From Octopus sinensis (Eukaryota), in contig NC_042997.1 of NCBI RefSeq assembly GCF_006345805.1, forward strand, positions 107,260,001 to 107,324,000: 64,000 nucleotides of DNA, read 5' to 3'. Shown here one piece after another: positions 11,471 through 23,829 of the stretch. Both the position numbers and the translations under genes were made by a program. Below the pieces are notes generated by a model. That model ran no database searches, was not told the origin of the DNA, and was given only the letters and a program-made list of their open reading frames with translations. Each line of letters begins with the position of its first letter. The stretch's first letter is position 1.

Positions 11471-14410
11471 ATGCTTATGAATGTTCAAATTGAGTGCTAC
11501 CTGTGGAAAAAAGGAGATTGAAGAATACTTGAGAAGAGGTGGTGAAAATGACCTGAAGTTATTACATGTGATAAAAGAGATGAGAGAGGACTTTCATCTG
11601 ATGGTAGGCAGTGCTGCAGAAGACCCTGACTCCTGTGCAAGCTTAGCAAAATGCTATGAAATAATAGGACAGTGCATGCACATTCCCAGCTACTGCTCAG
11701 TGCATGCACCCCTCTGCCTATCCTATTATCTTCCACATCTCCTCAACATCACTTTTCGTATGACTACATCTCCCCATCACTATTGTGATGGCCTTTGCTA
11801 ATGTGAATTACCTAATTGCATACTTACTGTGTCATCAGCATTACTTATACTAAATATTACTCACTTATTCTTCCATACAATAGCAGTTCTCTTGCTGCAA
11901 AATCTTGTCTTTCAGTTGAACGTCATCATTAATCTCACTAGATCGAAAAGAGTTAATTCTATCTGCCTTGTCTCCTCTCACTAAGCAACACAAAACTAAG
12001 TCATTTTTAATTGAAGAGCAACAAATTGTTTTTAGAAATTAGAATTTCATTTCTAAATATATGATTGAAATTGTTGCGCAAACACTGAGATGTGAGAAAG
12101 TACGATTATATTACCCATGTAGAATGTGTATCGAGGGACATAGAACACATCCAGCAGGTGATAGGAATGGAAATTATTTCAATTCCTTTGGGTTTTAGAG
12201 GTCATGTATGGTGGGTGTAGTTTTGTTGTTATACATAGGTTGGCTATTTAAAGAAAGAGACAAGATTAAATTGATTAAAATTGTGTTAGCTGAAATTATA
12301 TGTTAATAATAATTTTACCAATAAAAGCATCTATTATAAATGATTATTATTAGTAATTGATTAAATAAAGGTTTTGTCTTCACAAACTAATTTCCTAGTC
12401 TTTAAATTACCATAATATTTTTATGTATAAAGTTTTAAATTTGTCTTTACTGCTGCTGCTATATGCATATTGGTTATCATCAACATAATGTTTGCTGAAA
12501 GCTGTAAATATTTATTAGAGAATGATAAATCATCACATTTGACAAATAAAACTAAATAATTTGCAAACCAAATAAAACTAATAATTTGCAAACTAAATCC
12601 AAAAACGAAATATAATAAGCTTTAGTCAAGCTAGCAAGACATTGAGAAACACCATGTTCTGCTGTCTGAAAATAAGTGGAAATTTTACCGGTGAGTGTGT
12701 TAAATAATAAGGCACTAAAAGAGAATGACTCTCCCCAGACACAACAGAATATGCTTCAACACACGAACTCATATAAAGAATCTTGCAAACCAAATCCAAA
12801 AACGAAATATAAATAATGACTATTTTATGGTATTATCATAGAGTTAAGTTTAATGAAAAACATAATCTGATCAAGAATATGATATATAAAACTTTTTATT
12901 TAGAGTTTCTTTCAACCTCAGATATTTAAAAATGGACTTAAATAGTGAAAATTCATTGTTGATTGGTATTATTTAGGTATTTTCCCCAGGATTAGAATTT
13001 AAACATTTAAGAAGAAAACATTGCCCATTTTAAAGCCAACTCCTACAACTTAAATTAATGATTCAACTAAAATATTAACCTTTGTCAAATTAACTGCATT
13101 CGTTTTGAATTAAGGTTGAACCCACTTCATATGGGTAAGGGATTTACTCTAAATTTTTTCAATGACCCAAGTTACTAGAGGATGTAACTGATGTATAATT
13201 ACATTGTCCTTATTTATTGCCTATAGGTCATTATTTGTTTTATGTTTGCTTTCCATGCTGTCAATACTTAAAACAGGTTGTCACAGTGTGAATCACTTAT
13301 TTAGAATTACTGCCCTCGAAATTGAGTTGAGGACTGCTACTTCTCACTCATATGTTCCATGTTTGGAACTGTTCTATAGCTAGATACCCTTCCTATTATG
13401 TACTGGATGTATTTTATCTATTTTATCCTAGCACCAGAAAGGTTATCATGTCCTCAGCTAAATAAGTAAATTGGTTTTCACTAATTTTTGTGTTTACTTA
13501 GCAGCTAATCCTTATTTGAAATCCTTCTAGTTCAACTTTAGAAATGGAGATGAATTTACAACAGTTCAAACCCTTTAATCTATATTGTTGTTTGTTGTTG
13601 TTTAATAATTTCACTAACCTTGAACCTGAGTGGATTGTATTGACTTTTTCTTTGTTTTTTTTTTATTTAAATGAAAAATCAATATTGTAAAATGTCCAAG
13701 AATTGTTTGTTCAACTGAATCACTATCCTCATTCTACAGAGTTATAAATTAATTATTGTACAGGGTTTTTTTTTTTGAATTTGTGTGTGTGTGTTGTTTT
13801 GTATATATATCATCCTCATTGTAAATGTTCACTTTTCTATGCTTGCATGGGTTTCACACAAACACCCAATACATGGAGTACAATTAATGGAGTTTCATAT
13901 CCATAACATGTACGTGATCAGTCAGACAATATATGGTGAATCATGTATTGTCTTCTCTGTGCATTGTTCATTTGTTTGTTTTTGTATGCCAGCCACAGCT
14001 TCGACAGAGAAAGATTGAAGGCAGGATTTTTACAACTGGATGGTCTTCCTGCCACTAATCCTTATTTTTTCAAGTAAGGTTGTTTTTTTTTTTATTCCAG
14101 AGAAATTTAAAAACACAGAGCTAAACTAATAATTTGTTGGCAAGAAATGTTAATAAACATCATCAGTTGCAGCTAAATTACAAAACAGGGGTTTCGCTGT
14201 TTATAGCTGTGGCTCGGGGCAGATTGTAAACAATTATAAACATTCATGTACTCACATAGGCATGTATGGCAATTCACAGTATATATTTGTCTCACTAATC
14301 AGTACACATAAAACTCTGAGCAACAATGGGGTAATCCTCACCAATTGATTACTCACACACACATATATGCGTATAACACACGTGTGTGTGTTATATGTAT
14401 AAAGTGTAAA

Positions 14411-14745
14411 TATGGCTGTATGGTTGAGAAGCTTGCTTTCTAATCACAATCTCGGTTCAGTCCTACTGCATAACACTTTGGGCAAGTGTCTTCTTCAATA
14501 GCCCCAGGCCCAGATGGAAATTGTGTGTATGTGTGCGCTCTTGTCTTGGTATCATATTATGGTTGTAAAAGAACTTCACCATCATACAGTGGATATTGTT
14601 CATTTCCATTCTTCTGTGTGAAACACATCAGGTCATTGGAGAATATTACCTCACCTGGAAACAGGTGAGGATTTGGAACAGAAAGGACATTCAGCCATAG
14701 AAAAGTTGCCTCAACAAATTCTGCCTGATTCGTGCAAGCAAAAGT
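14411..14745 (+). mobile_element. tRNA-derived SINE
   Basis: A-box-like tggctgtatgg and B-box-like ggttcagtc, followed by a gggcaagtgtcttct core and ending in a microsatellite. Confidence 0.7.
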
Positions 14746-14783
14746 GAACATTAAACAATATTGATGATATATATATATATGTA

Positions 14784-14829
<46 letters not shown>

Positions 14830-15984
14830 TTACTTAGACTTAAGCTATTCCATGTTGTGAGGCACACAAAGGCAGCAAGGATTGATCTGCCATTTTCCCT
14901 GTCGTTGCTGTTTTTGTGTACCAGGTGGTAGGCAGGTGCAAAATGTGACCTGCCAAGTATAACTGACATGGCTCCGTGATGTGATGCAATGATAGGAACT
15001 TGCTCCATCGGAGGATTTCCTCATTTGTAAACAGCAAACAAGTTGTGGAAGACCTGGGCAATTTCTTCTACCCAAGAAGTGTCATCAGCAATGATGGAAG
15101 CACAGAAAGTGATGTAAACAATGGAATTGATAAAGCAGGGGCCATATTGCAGCCTATACACCGAACCTGAATAATAACAAAACATCAATTCTAACATAAA
15201 CGTCCAGTTTTTTGGGGTGATAGTCTTGCTTGTGGTTTTGTATGGTTGAGAATTTTCACCAATAAAGATAGCCAAGAAGCTAGAAGTCCAATCAAATCTA
15301 TAAAAGATCTTCAAAAGTTACTTTGAGATAGATCACACACATCCATGATTCATTCACATATAGAGATATGGATATTGGATATCTTGTGAGCTTGAGTGTA
15401 CAAAGAGATGTATGACAGCAACTGTTGAGTCTCCAAGTTGATAATCATCATCCAGTCTGCTTCCAGTATAGTGCTTTAGCTACTACTATACTTAATAGTG
15501 CTACTAGTTAGGAAATGCAGAGCAAATGTAGTAGAAATGACAATAAACACAAGTTTATATCATTTGTTCCTACATGTGTTTCGTTGGAACTCAGCATTGA
15601 ATGTTCCGAGTGCTGGTGGATGCTTAACCATAATGGATTGTCAAAGGAACACTTTATTGCATTATGTGTAAAGCTTTACATGAAAATTTTCTGAGGTAAA
15701 AAAAAAAAAAATCATGCAATTTATTTTGTAACAAAATATATTTGGGGAATTCTGGAATGCTTAAAATAGTCTTCTTTAGAAATATGTTCATTTTGAAAAT
15801 GATACTAATTCTTCTTTGATCAAGAAACTAATTACTCAAAATGTATCACCTCTACTATTTCTATGGCAAATGTTTGTAATATTTTAAGATAATTTGGTGT
15901 GTGTGTGCATTTTTTTTTTTTTTTAAGAACTGCTCTCTTGATATAATTTTAATACTGATTTTCAGATATTTATTTTCTTTTCAG

Positions 15985-16145
15985 GTCACAACACTAATTG
16001 TTTGGCTCCACCTAACTCTGGTTCAAGCCACAGTCAGGGAAATAGTCCAACTAAAATCCACAGTGCAAGGGGTTCACCTACCAACCAATCTGAACAAATG
16101 CGGCCACGTGCAAAATCAGTAGAATCAGAGCTAGGACAACATGTG
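15985..16145 (+). CDS. BRAF: RAF kinase hinge exon containing RPRAKSV
   Basis: Acceptor ttttcttttcag|, phase 1 start. RPRAKS resembles the invertebrate Raf hinge motif. Donor gtg|gtagat; an alternative in-frame donor lies 3 nt upstream. Confidence 0.85.
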
Positions 16146-16271
16146 GTAGATAATTTATGACATCTGTTTGAAATCCATTTATAAATTAGTTTTATAAACA
16201 AGCTCCTATTTCCAAAGTCTCATACTGTTTATTTGATCTTTACATATTTTGTCTTATTTTCTAATCTATAG

Positions 16272-16468
16272 CGACTACGACGAGATTCAAATGAAGAATG
16301 GGAACTTCCTGACAAAGAAATTATATTAATTCGTCGAATTGGTTCAGGATCATTTGGAACAGTATTTTGTGGTCACTGGCATGGGCCTGTTGCTGTGAAA
16401 AAGCTGAATGTAGTTCATCCAACACCTGCGCAATTAGAAGCTTTCAAAAATGAAGTTGCTGTCTTAAA
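16272..16468 (+). CDS. BRAF: RAF kinase exon: N-region, Gly-rich loop, VAVK lysine, alphaC ([11 protein letters not shown]...[22 protein letters not shown]...FKNEVAVLK)
   Basis: Direct translation. Acceptor aatctatag|, donor aa|gtacat. Phase 0 to 2. Confidence 0.97.
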
Positions 16469-17339
16469 GTACATATCTTCTTTCTTCTTTCAGTCTTAAG
16501 TTGGGAGAGTTATTCATTTTAGTTTTTAATGTGATCTTTATATTTAGAAGATAATATTACAGGGTTTATTTCTATATTTTCTCATATCATATATTGCTTT
16601 GTATATATGTAGATGTAAATCTCTCTTTCCACACATACAGCTATTCCGCAGATCCCTTTCACTTAGATCACTTGACAATTATTTTATACTCATCGTCACA
16701 TGCAGAGATCAGAGAATGCAACCATCTTGCTCATACATTAAAATAGATTTCCTCTTCTACTCAGTATTTTTCTCTCTGTTTATTTGTACTTTGTTGTTCA
16801 TATACACTAACACTTCAAATCCAGTAGAGCATGTTCAACTCATTTCTCTCTAGCTGTCACACTTTTCACTCATTTGTTATGTTTTGTTACCAAACACATA
16901 CAGTCTGCCTTTCTCTTGAATACATGAATCTCTTGGCTGTCACTAGGGTGATAGTTCCTTGAACTTTTTCCATTACAACCTTATTCCATCTCCCGCCTCT
17001 TTTAATTATGATTCCTATATAACAGCAGCTATCAACTGCTCTGAGGAAACCTTTTGGACTTTTAAAAGAATTTGATTCAAAGGTATTTTTGGTGCTTACT
17101 ACTCTTGTGCATCTACTTCATATGAAGTTCTCCTATGTCAGCCTGCCTGTGGTACCCCTGCATTTCTTATTCACCCTTTGTTTACATTGGATACACTGTA
17201 TAGCATTCTGATCTACTCTTTTCTACATGTGGAGTATGGTCACTTTCTAAATAGCACTGGGCTCTTGTTTTCTTTGCTGCTAAAACGTTTGTCTTTGGTT
17301 TACTCTAAATTATCATGTATCTGGACTTACTTCCATTTT

Positions 17340-17900
17340 GAAATCTCTTCTCTAATGCTCCAACATAACTCTCAGTTATGAGAACTAGGTCATTGGTACA
17401 GGTAGTCTGTCATTAACTTCTCTATAATGGCCTGAAGAACTATCATAAATAGGAGCAAGTTTAGAACTGAGCCATGATATACACCTTGCATGCAAAATTC
17501 ACCACTGATCTCATACCTTGTACATAATTCTCATAAACCATTCATCTGCATGTAATTTTCTTAGCAAACACCACATTACAGGGTATGATATTTTGTTAAA
17601 GGCCTTCTCCTGGTTGATGGATGTTAGGTACTGGCTTACTTTTTGCTGAAAATGTCACTTGTCTCACCAGGAAGAAGGCATTAGTGATATCCTGTACAAA
17701 CACATAACTGTCTTGCTTTTCATCAAAGCCAATTCTTCTTAATTCCTTGTGCTGTAACTCTTTCTGCCACTGCCATAATCTTGTCCATCTGTTTAATACA
17801 TCTATAGTTGCTTTTTTCTGAAGCATCTCCTTTGCCATTGTAACAGCTGTTGATACTATTATGCCCAGTCATTGGATAAAACACTTCCCTGCACCACTTG
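17340..17900 (-). mobile_element. Degenerate RTE RT fragment
   Basis: Minus-strand TNAFFLVRQ motif and a GVYHGSVL-like segment. Confidence 0.6.
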
Positions 17901-18299
17901 ATTATCTATGCAAGTCACCAGCACATGGACCAGCTGTTTTCCCTGTCTTCATATCTCTTTAATAGCCATTTCGACTGTATAGCTTACCCTCTGTTGGGTT
18001 ACATGATGTGGTCTTTCTCTCATGCAATCCCCTCATTTAGCATCATTTCAAAGTTGCATTCCATTCCTCATTCTCTTTGGCGTCTGTAAAAACAAGTGAA
18101 CCATTATCATTATAAACACACCTCTCACCACGCATCTGATTTCTCCCTTTACTAAGTTACTGGATATACAGCAAAATTGTAAGATAGAATTGTGTGCATT
18201 ACTGAATTTTCAATTGAAGTTAAATTTACATAAAAGTAGGTGTACCCTGAAGGTAAAATATGAAATAGTGGAATTTATGCTCAATTTTGTATCATTTCA

Positions 18300-19855
18300 A
18301 TTCTCACTGCTCACCATGCATATGGCAATTTATTATTACTTCTCATTATTTGCATTTCCTTGGAGATAGCCCCATTAGCCACCACTACCTGACTTCTCTC
18401 TTCTAGAAAGTCATGTAGCCATTCTCCAAGTTTTCCAACTATACCAAGATTACATAATTTGTGACATATCGTACCATGGTCGACTTTGTTATAGGCTTTT
18501 GCAAAGTTAGGATATATCGTGTCCACATTTGAGTTGTTGAGCAGCTGCTTTAATACCCAGTCATAGTACAGCAAGAGCTGTGTCAGGCAGCTTCTACCTG
18601 GTTGAAAGCCATGCTGGTTGTCAGCAAGTCATTCTCTTCAAGAAATGCAATTAGTTTCCTTCAGACTATTCATTCCAAGATGTGCTGATGTGTGAGGCCA
18701 ATAGTTTTTAGCATTTACTCTGCTTCCTCCTTTATGAATAGGATATATTATTCCCTCTTTCAGTTTGTCCAGGAGCTTACCATTTGCAAGGAAGCTTTGA
18801 AAAAGAAGTTGCAGTAGTTTTGCAAGGACTCAGTTGCATGACTTGAGGAGGATTGCTGGGAATTCATTGGGGCTGAGTTTGCATCTACATCATCTTCTTT
18901 GATGTTGTTGTAATTCAGTTGTTACTGCCTCTCTTTTTACATTTGTAGTGGTAAAGAATTCTAGAGGTTTCTTGACTTGCATGTGCCAGAAGGTTGAGGT
19001 GAAGACACTTTTGAATTGTTTATTCAATGTTTCACTTATCCTCACTGTGTTTCCCATGAAGGAACCATCTTTTTTAGAGGAGGGGTACTAGTTTCCAACA
19101 CACACAGGCAGTTTTTATGGCATATTTAAAGAAGGCTTTAGGTTTGATTTTATATTTCTTATAACCCAGGCTTCTTTATCTTCTCTTTCTTTTTCGTGGG
19201 AACATTTCAGGTGTTCCTCAATCTCCAGCTGTTTCCAGGTGAGATTTTTCACTGCCGTTTAGTATTCTGTTGAGGTAGTTTGCAGTCTTTGTATGCTATC
19301 TCATAAGAATTTTTTTCTCCCTGAGAATCTAGTTCTTATGTGCAGTGGCTTTTCCCTCTGGAACAATCTTATAGCATATGGCTTGCATTATGGACATAAA
19401 TTGTTTGAATTTCATATCAGTGTCAGGTGTAGATAGACATTGGGGTCAATCCTGTTTGGTGATCTCTTTCTCAATTGATTTCCAGTCTGGTTTGTGGAAG
19501 TTCAGATTGGATAGATTTTGGGTGCTTCTCATAAGCTACATGTCTTTGGTATGTACATGGTCAGCTCTATTGTATTGTAGTCCAAGATTAGAGTCACTTT
19601 CACATTATGGATGAGATCCATATTGTTTATGAAACAGAGACCAAGTATATTGTTTGCCCTGGTTGGTTGGAGTATTACTTGCTCCATATATAACTTGTTG
19701 GTGAGGTTGACTCCACTTGGCTTTGTTCACATCATGTCATTCCTGAAAGGAAAAGGCCCTCAGGCCACTCTACATTGGGCAAGTTGAAATCTCCCATGAG
19801 AAATACACAGATGTTTAATTCCAACTTGGTTAAAACTTCTATTCTTGCAAGGCAG
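18300..19855 (-). mobile_element. Degenerate CR1/L2-like LINE (endonuclease end and RT)
   Basis: DTIYPNFAKAYNKVDHGTICHKLCNLGIVGKLGEWLHDFL and MGDFNLPNVEW motifs. Same family as 46380-48200. Confidence 0.75.
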
Positions 19856-20480
19856 TCTTCGAAGTCAACAAAAGCCAAGTACAGAGATTTATCTTTGGCT
19901 AGGCTAACTCTCTCCCTAATTAGTTGGGCTATGACCCTCTCTGTAACTTTCATCACCTGATCCAATAATTTGATACTCCTGTAGTTATTTCTATCTAAAG
20001 CATCACCTTTACCTTTGTAGCAGTTGACTATGGTGCTGCTATGCTAGTCATTGGGTATGACTCCTTCATGAACTACCTGATTTACGATGCGGGTGACAAG
20101 ACCATAACCCACACCACCTGATATTTTTAAGCATCACAGCAGTGATTCCTGATGGGAAGTGCTTTCCTTGTCTTCATATCCTTAATTGCTTTATCTCCCT
20201 GATTTATCTGCTGTCTATTCGGATAGCTGGTCCCTCAATTAGGTCAACATTTGGCAGACTCTCCTCCTCCCATTCATTCACCCCATTCAGCAGTCTTTCA
20301 TAATGGTTTCTCCAAGCCTCTTTCTTTGCAGAATCATTAAACACAAAGGCACCAATCCATGCGGATACATTTATTTCGTATGACATCATGGTTTTCTCTC
20401 ACATATTGTCTTGCTATCCGAACTACTTCAGTTCTTTGGTCCTCATGTTACTGAACATTGTCAAACTTCTTTTCTGCTAC
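19856..20480 (-). mobile_element. RTE LINE fragment adjoining the CR1-like element
   Basis: DQVMKVTERVIAQLIRERVSL and KEAWRNHYERLLN match the RTE family. Confidence 0.8.
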
Positions 20481-20984
20481 TCCCTTGGCTAATAGTTGTG
20501 AAGTGAAAAAAATATTTTAAGAGTTGAACAAAATAAATTTCATGTTAAGAATTGTTGGGCAATTGTTTATCTAGTAAAGCTTAAAAATAACAGGATTTGT
20601 AATGAAATTCTAATTTAAATAAGACTAGGTTATTTCAGGTAGGTTCAACAAGGAAACTGAGCTGTCATTTTTTACACTAATTATACCAGCAAAGCAAAGC
20701 TTGCCTTTGCATAAGATCTAAACTGTCTTCCTCTTGCCTGCAGTGGAACAAGTTTCAAATTGTCAGCTGTTTTACACTCCATGAATCTTTATTCATCATC
20801 ATTCAACATTTGTTTTCCATGCTGACATGGGTTGGACTGCCTTCATAAACCTTTCGCATTCTTCCAAGAACTTGACTGAATACTGAGAACAAAGGAATCT
20901 ACTTCTACCATCTGGCAAGAAGTGTACTGGAAAGATAGTTACTTTTGATACATGTTCTTCATATTTTCTAATGCAGGAGCTGCC

Positions 20985-21185
20985 TAACTGGCCCCTGTGC
21001 CGGTGACATGTAAAAAGCACCCACTACAGTCTTGGAGTGGTTGGTGTTAGGAAAGGCATCCAGCTGTAGAAACTTTGCCAGATCAGATTGGAGCCTGGTG
21101 CAGCCTCCTGGCTTGCCAGTCCTCAGTCAAACCATCCAGCCCATGCCAGCATGGAAAGCAGATGTTAAGCCATGATGATGATGAT
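20985..21185 (+). mobile_element. RTE 3'-tail fragment (SINE-like)
   Basis: gagtggttggtgttaggaaaggcatccagctgtagaaac...catggaaagcagatgttaa(gat)n. Confidence 0.85.
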
Positions 21186-21296
21186 ATATTCAAATCTCTT
21201 TCCTAATCTTTTTCGTCAACTCTAACAAGAAATGTCTTTAAAACATACTATTCCATAAGACTGACATTTTTTTTACCTATTTTTCTCTCTTTTCAG

Positions 21297-21473
21297 GAAA
21301 ACTCGACACTTAAACATCTTATTATTTATGGGTTACACCATTGAACCTCAGCTTCAGATTGTCACTCAGTGGTGTGAAGGGTCAAGTCTTTACAAACGTT
21401 TACATGTAGAAGAAACCAAGTATGATATGTCTCAGTTAGTTGAAATAGGTCGTCAAACTTCACAAGGCATGGA
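21297..21473 (+). CDS. BRAF: RAF kinase exon: KTRH dimer motif, gatekeeper IVTQWCEG
   Basis: Acceptor ctcttttcag|, donor |gtaagt. Length 177 nt, phase 2-2. Translation [37 protein letters not shown]. Confidence 0.97.
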
Positions 21474-22787
21474 GTAAGTTGGCACTTTGTTTCTCCTTTT
21501 AATACAAATTTTATTTAGCCATTTCAAAGAAAGAACTGCTTCTGCTACATAGTGGTTAAGTATAACAAAAGTAAATGAAATTGTCAATATGTTTATGTTA
21601 TAGGGGGATAATATATATATATTACATACAAGAGATTTGTATTTGGTTAAATTTGAAAGACTTGTTAGCATTTTGAGTTCTTTTGAAGAGGAAATAGTTC
21701 AGTGGAGATTGTACTTGAATAAGCAAACTGATAGTTGTATCAAATATTTAAGAATTCCCACTACATGCTTACTACAAGAACAGTTGTGAATTGTCCATAA
21801 ATGAATCTGAAGGTTTTGTGCATTAAATTAAGTACAATTTTTGTTTTAAAAATTATTATTTTCATTCTGTAAATTAAGAAAGTTAATTTCAAGTGTTTCT
21901 TTTTACCTTTTTTTTACTTAAACCTGCAGCTGAGCAAATAAGGAATTCTACAGGATCAGGAATAGCAAACCAATATTTTTTTGACTCAAAAGATCTTATA
22001 GACATTATAAGTCCCAGAAAATATCAACTGGTGGGACATAAACCACATATCAACAACAGCAAGTGATAGATATGTGGTTGATGTCCCACCAGTTGATATT
22101 TTTTGTTTGTTTCATTTTTTTTTACTTTTTTTCTTTTTCTTTTTACAATGCCTAGTATTATTTAGTGGAGTGTCTTTCATACATGATCTTGTTTGTACCT
22201 GGATACCAGTGATGTTACATGGGGATCAACCTTTACCCATCCTCCCTGATTCACCTGTCTTCACAATCTCTTGGACGTTACTTTGGATATACCCTGGCTC
22301 CTTATCATCATCTTATCTCTCCTCCTGCCCATACACCATTCCACCTACCCATGTATTACATGGGGGTAACACTGCTTTTCCTCCTGTTCGGCCCTACCCC
22401 TATCTTCTCTCTCTCTCTCTCATGTTCTCACTTTCCCTCTTTTAACCCCCTTCCCTAACATTGTCTCTGTTATTGTCTTTCCTACTACCCTCTTTCAACA
22501 ATAAAACTGTCTAACCAATAAGAACTTTTTGGACCCTGACAAACAGCCAGCACCTGCTGGTATGGCAGACAGACTGACCAGTCCATCACTGGCTCCACCT
22601 ACTTAACCTTGTCCGCTCATCCCACCCCATCCCATTACCATTACCACCTTGTCCATCCCTTCCACACAAAACCCTGATATTACTCTTATCCTCCATTATC
22701 ATCCTCTTGCAAGAAATTCGTTCCATCAATCATGGATGTTCTCTTTTGCTTTGCAAGTTACAAGGCAAACCCCGACAGTGCTCATGT

Positions 22788-23105
22788 AATCATCATCACC
22801 ATTGTTTAACGTCCGTTTTCCATGCTAGCATGGGTTGGACGGTTCGACTGGGGTCTGGGAAGCCAGGAGGCTGCACCAGGCTCCAGTCTGATCTGGCAGT
22901 GTTTCTACAGCTGGATACCCTTCCTAATGCCAACCACTCTGAGTGTAGTGGGTGCTTTTTATGTGTCACTAGCACAGGGGCCAGAGGAGGCTGGCAAATG
23001 GCCACGATCGGTTGGTGCTTTTTACATGTCACTGGCACGGACTCCAGTCAAGGCAACGCTGGCATTGGCCACGTTCGGATGGTGCTTTTTACGTGCCACC
23101 GGCAC
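22788..23105 (-). mobile_element. RTE 3'-tail fragment (SINE-like)
   Basis: Reverse complement of the same tail family, starting catcatcaccattgtttaacgtcc. Confidence 0.85.
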
Positions 23106-23644
23106 AGGTATCACAACTACAAAAAAAAAAAAAAGACTAGTACACTCTAACATGGTCAGTGTTAGGAAGGGCATACAGCTGTTGAAAAGAAACCCCAAAA
23201 AGGACATAAGTGAAACATACTCCTCCTGTTAAGAACTGATTTGGGCTATAATAGGCACATAACCCATGAGAAGTAGATACACTGATGATAATGTGTGGGT
23301 TTTCCCCAGAATGTTTTCACATTGACAGCTTTGAATGGTAGTGATGTTTATATCCAGCAGCATAGGGTAGTTTGACATGTGAAGACCTGGAATAATCTGT
23401 GTTTTAAATAACTTACTTGAAAACAAGGGTTGATATCTAGAAAGGCAACACAGAATGCAGAATACTATCACAAGAAATCTCATCCAGTCCGTGTAGCAGA
23501 GAAACAACAGACATAAAAATGATGATGATAACAATGACAATGGTGGCAACAACACTTTTTGTCAGGAACCCTTTTTCTTGAAAGAATGATGTGAAAATTA
23601 GTTAAACATGTGTTATATAATTTTTCATTTTCTTTTTTTTACAG

Positions 23645-23691
23645 TTATTTACATGCAAAGTTTATCATTCATAGAGATTTGAAGTCCAACA
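23645..23691 (+). CDS. BRAF: RAF kinase exon: catalytic loop YLHAKFIIHRDLKSN
   Basis: 47-nt exon with acceptor ttttttacag| and HRDLKSN motif, followed by a U12-type donor. Confidence 0.97.
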
Positions 23692-23700
23692 GTATCCTTT
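23692..23700 (+). promoter_or_regulatory. U12 (minor spliceosome) 5' splice site GTATCCTTT
   Basis: Exact match to the RTATCCTTT U12 donor consensus. Confidence 0.9.
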
Positions 23701-23829
23701 TAAAATTTCATTGTAAATTTAGATATTTTAAACATTTGTGTAATGATTTTGTTGAGAAAACTAATATTAGAGTTGTTTTGTTTAATTTTATTTTTAAAAT
23801 TCTCATATATATATATATATATATATATA

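Noticed and set aside
21294-21308. KKTR instead of the RKTR dimer motif (first Lys codon split across 16467-16468 and 21297) as an editing candidate
   Set aside because: Lys at this position also occurs in Drosophila Raf as I recall, so it is not anomalous.
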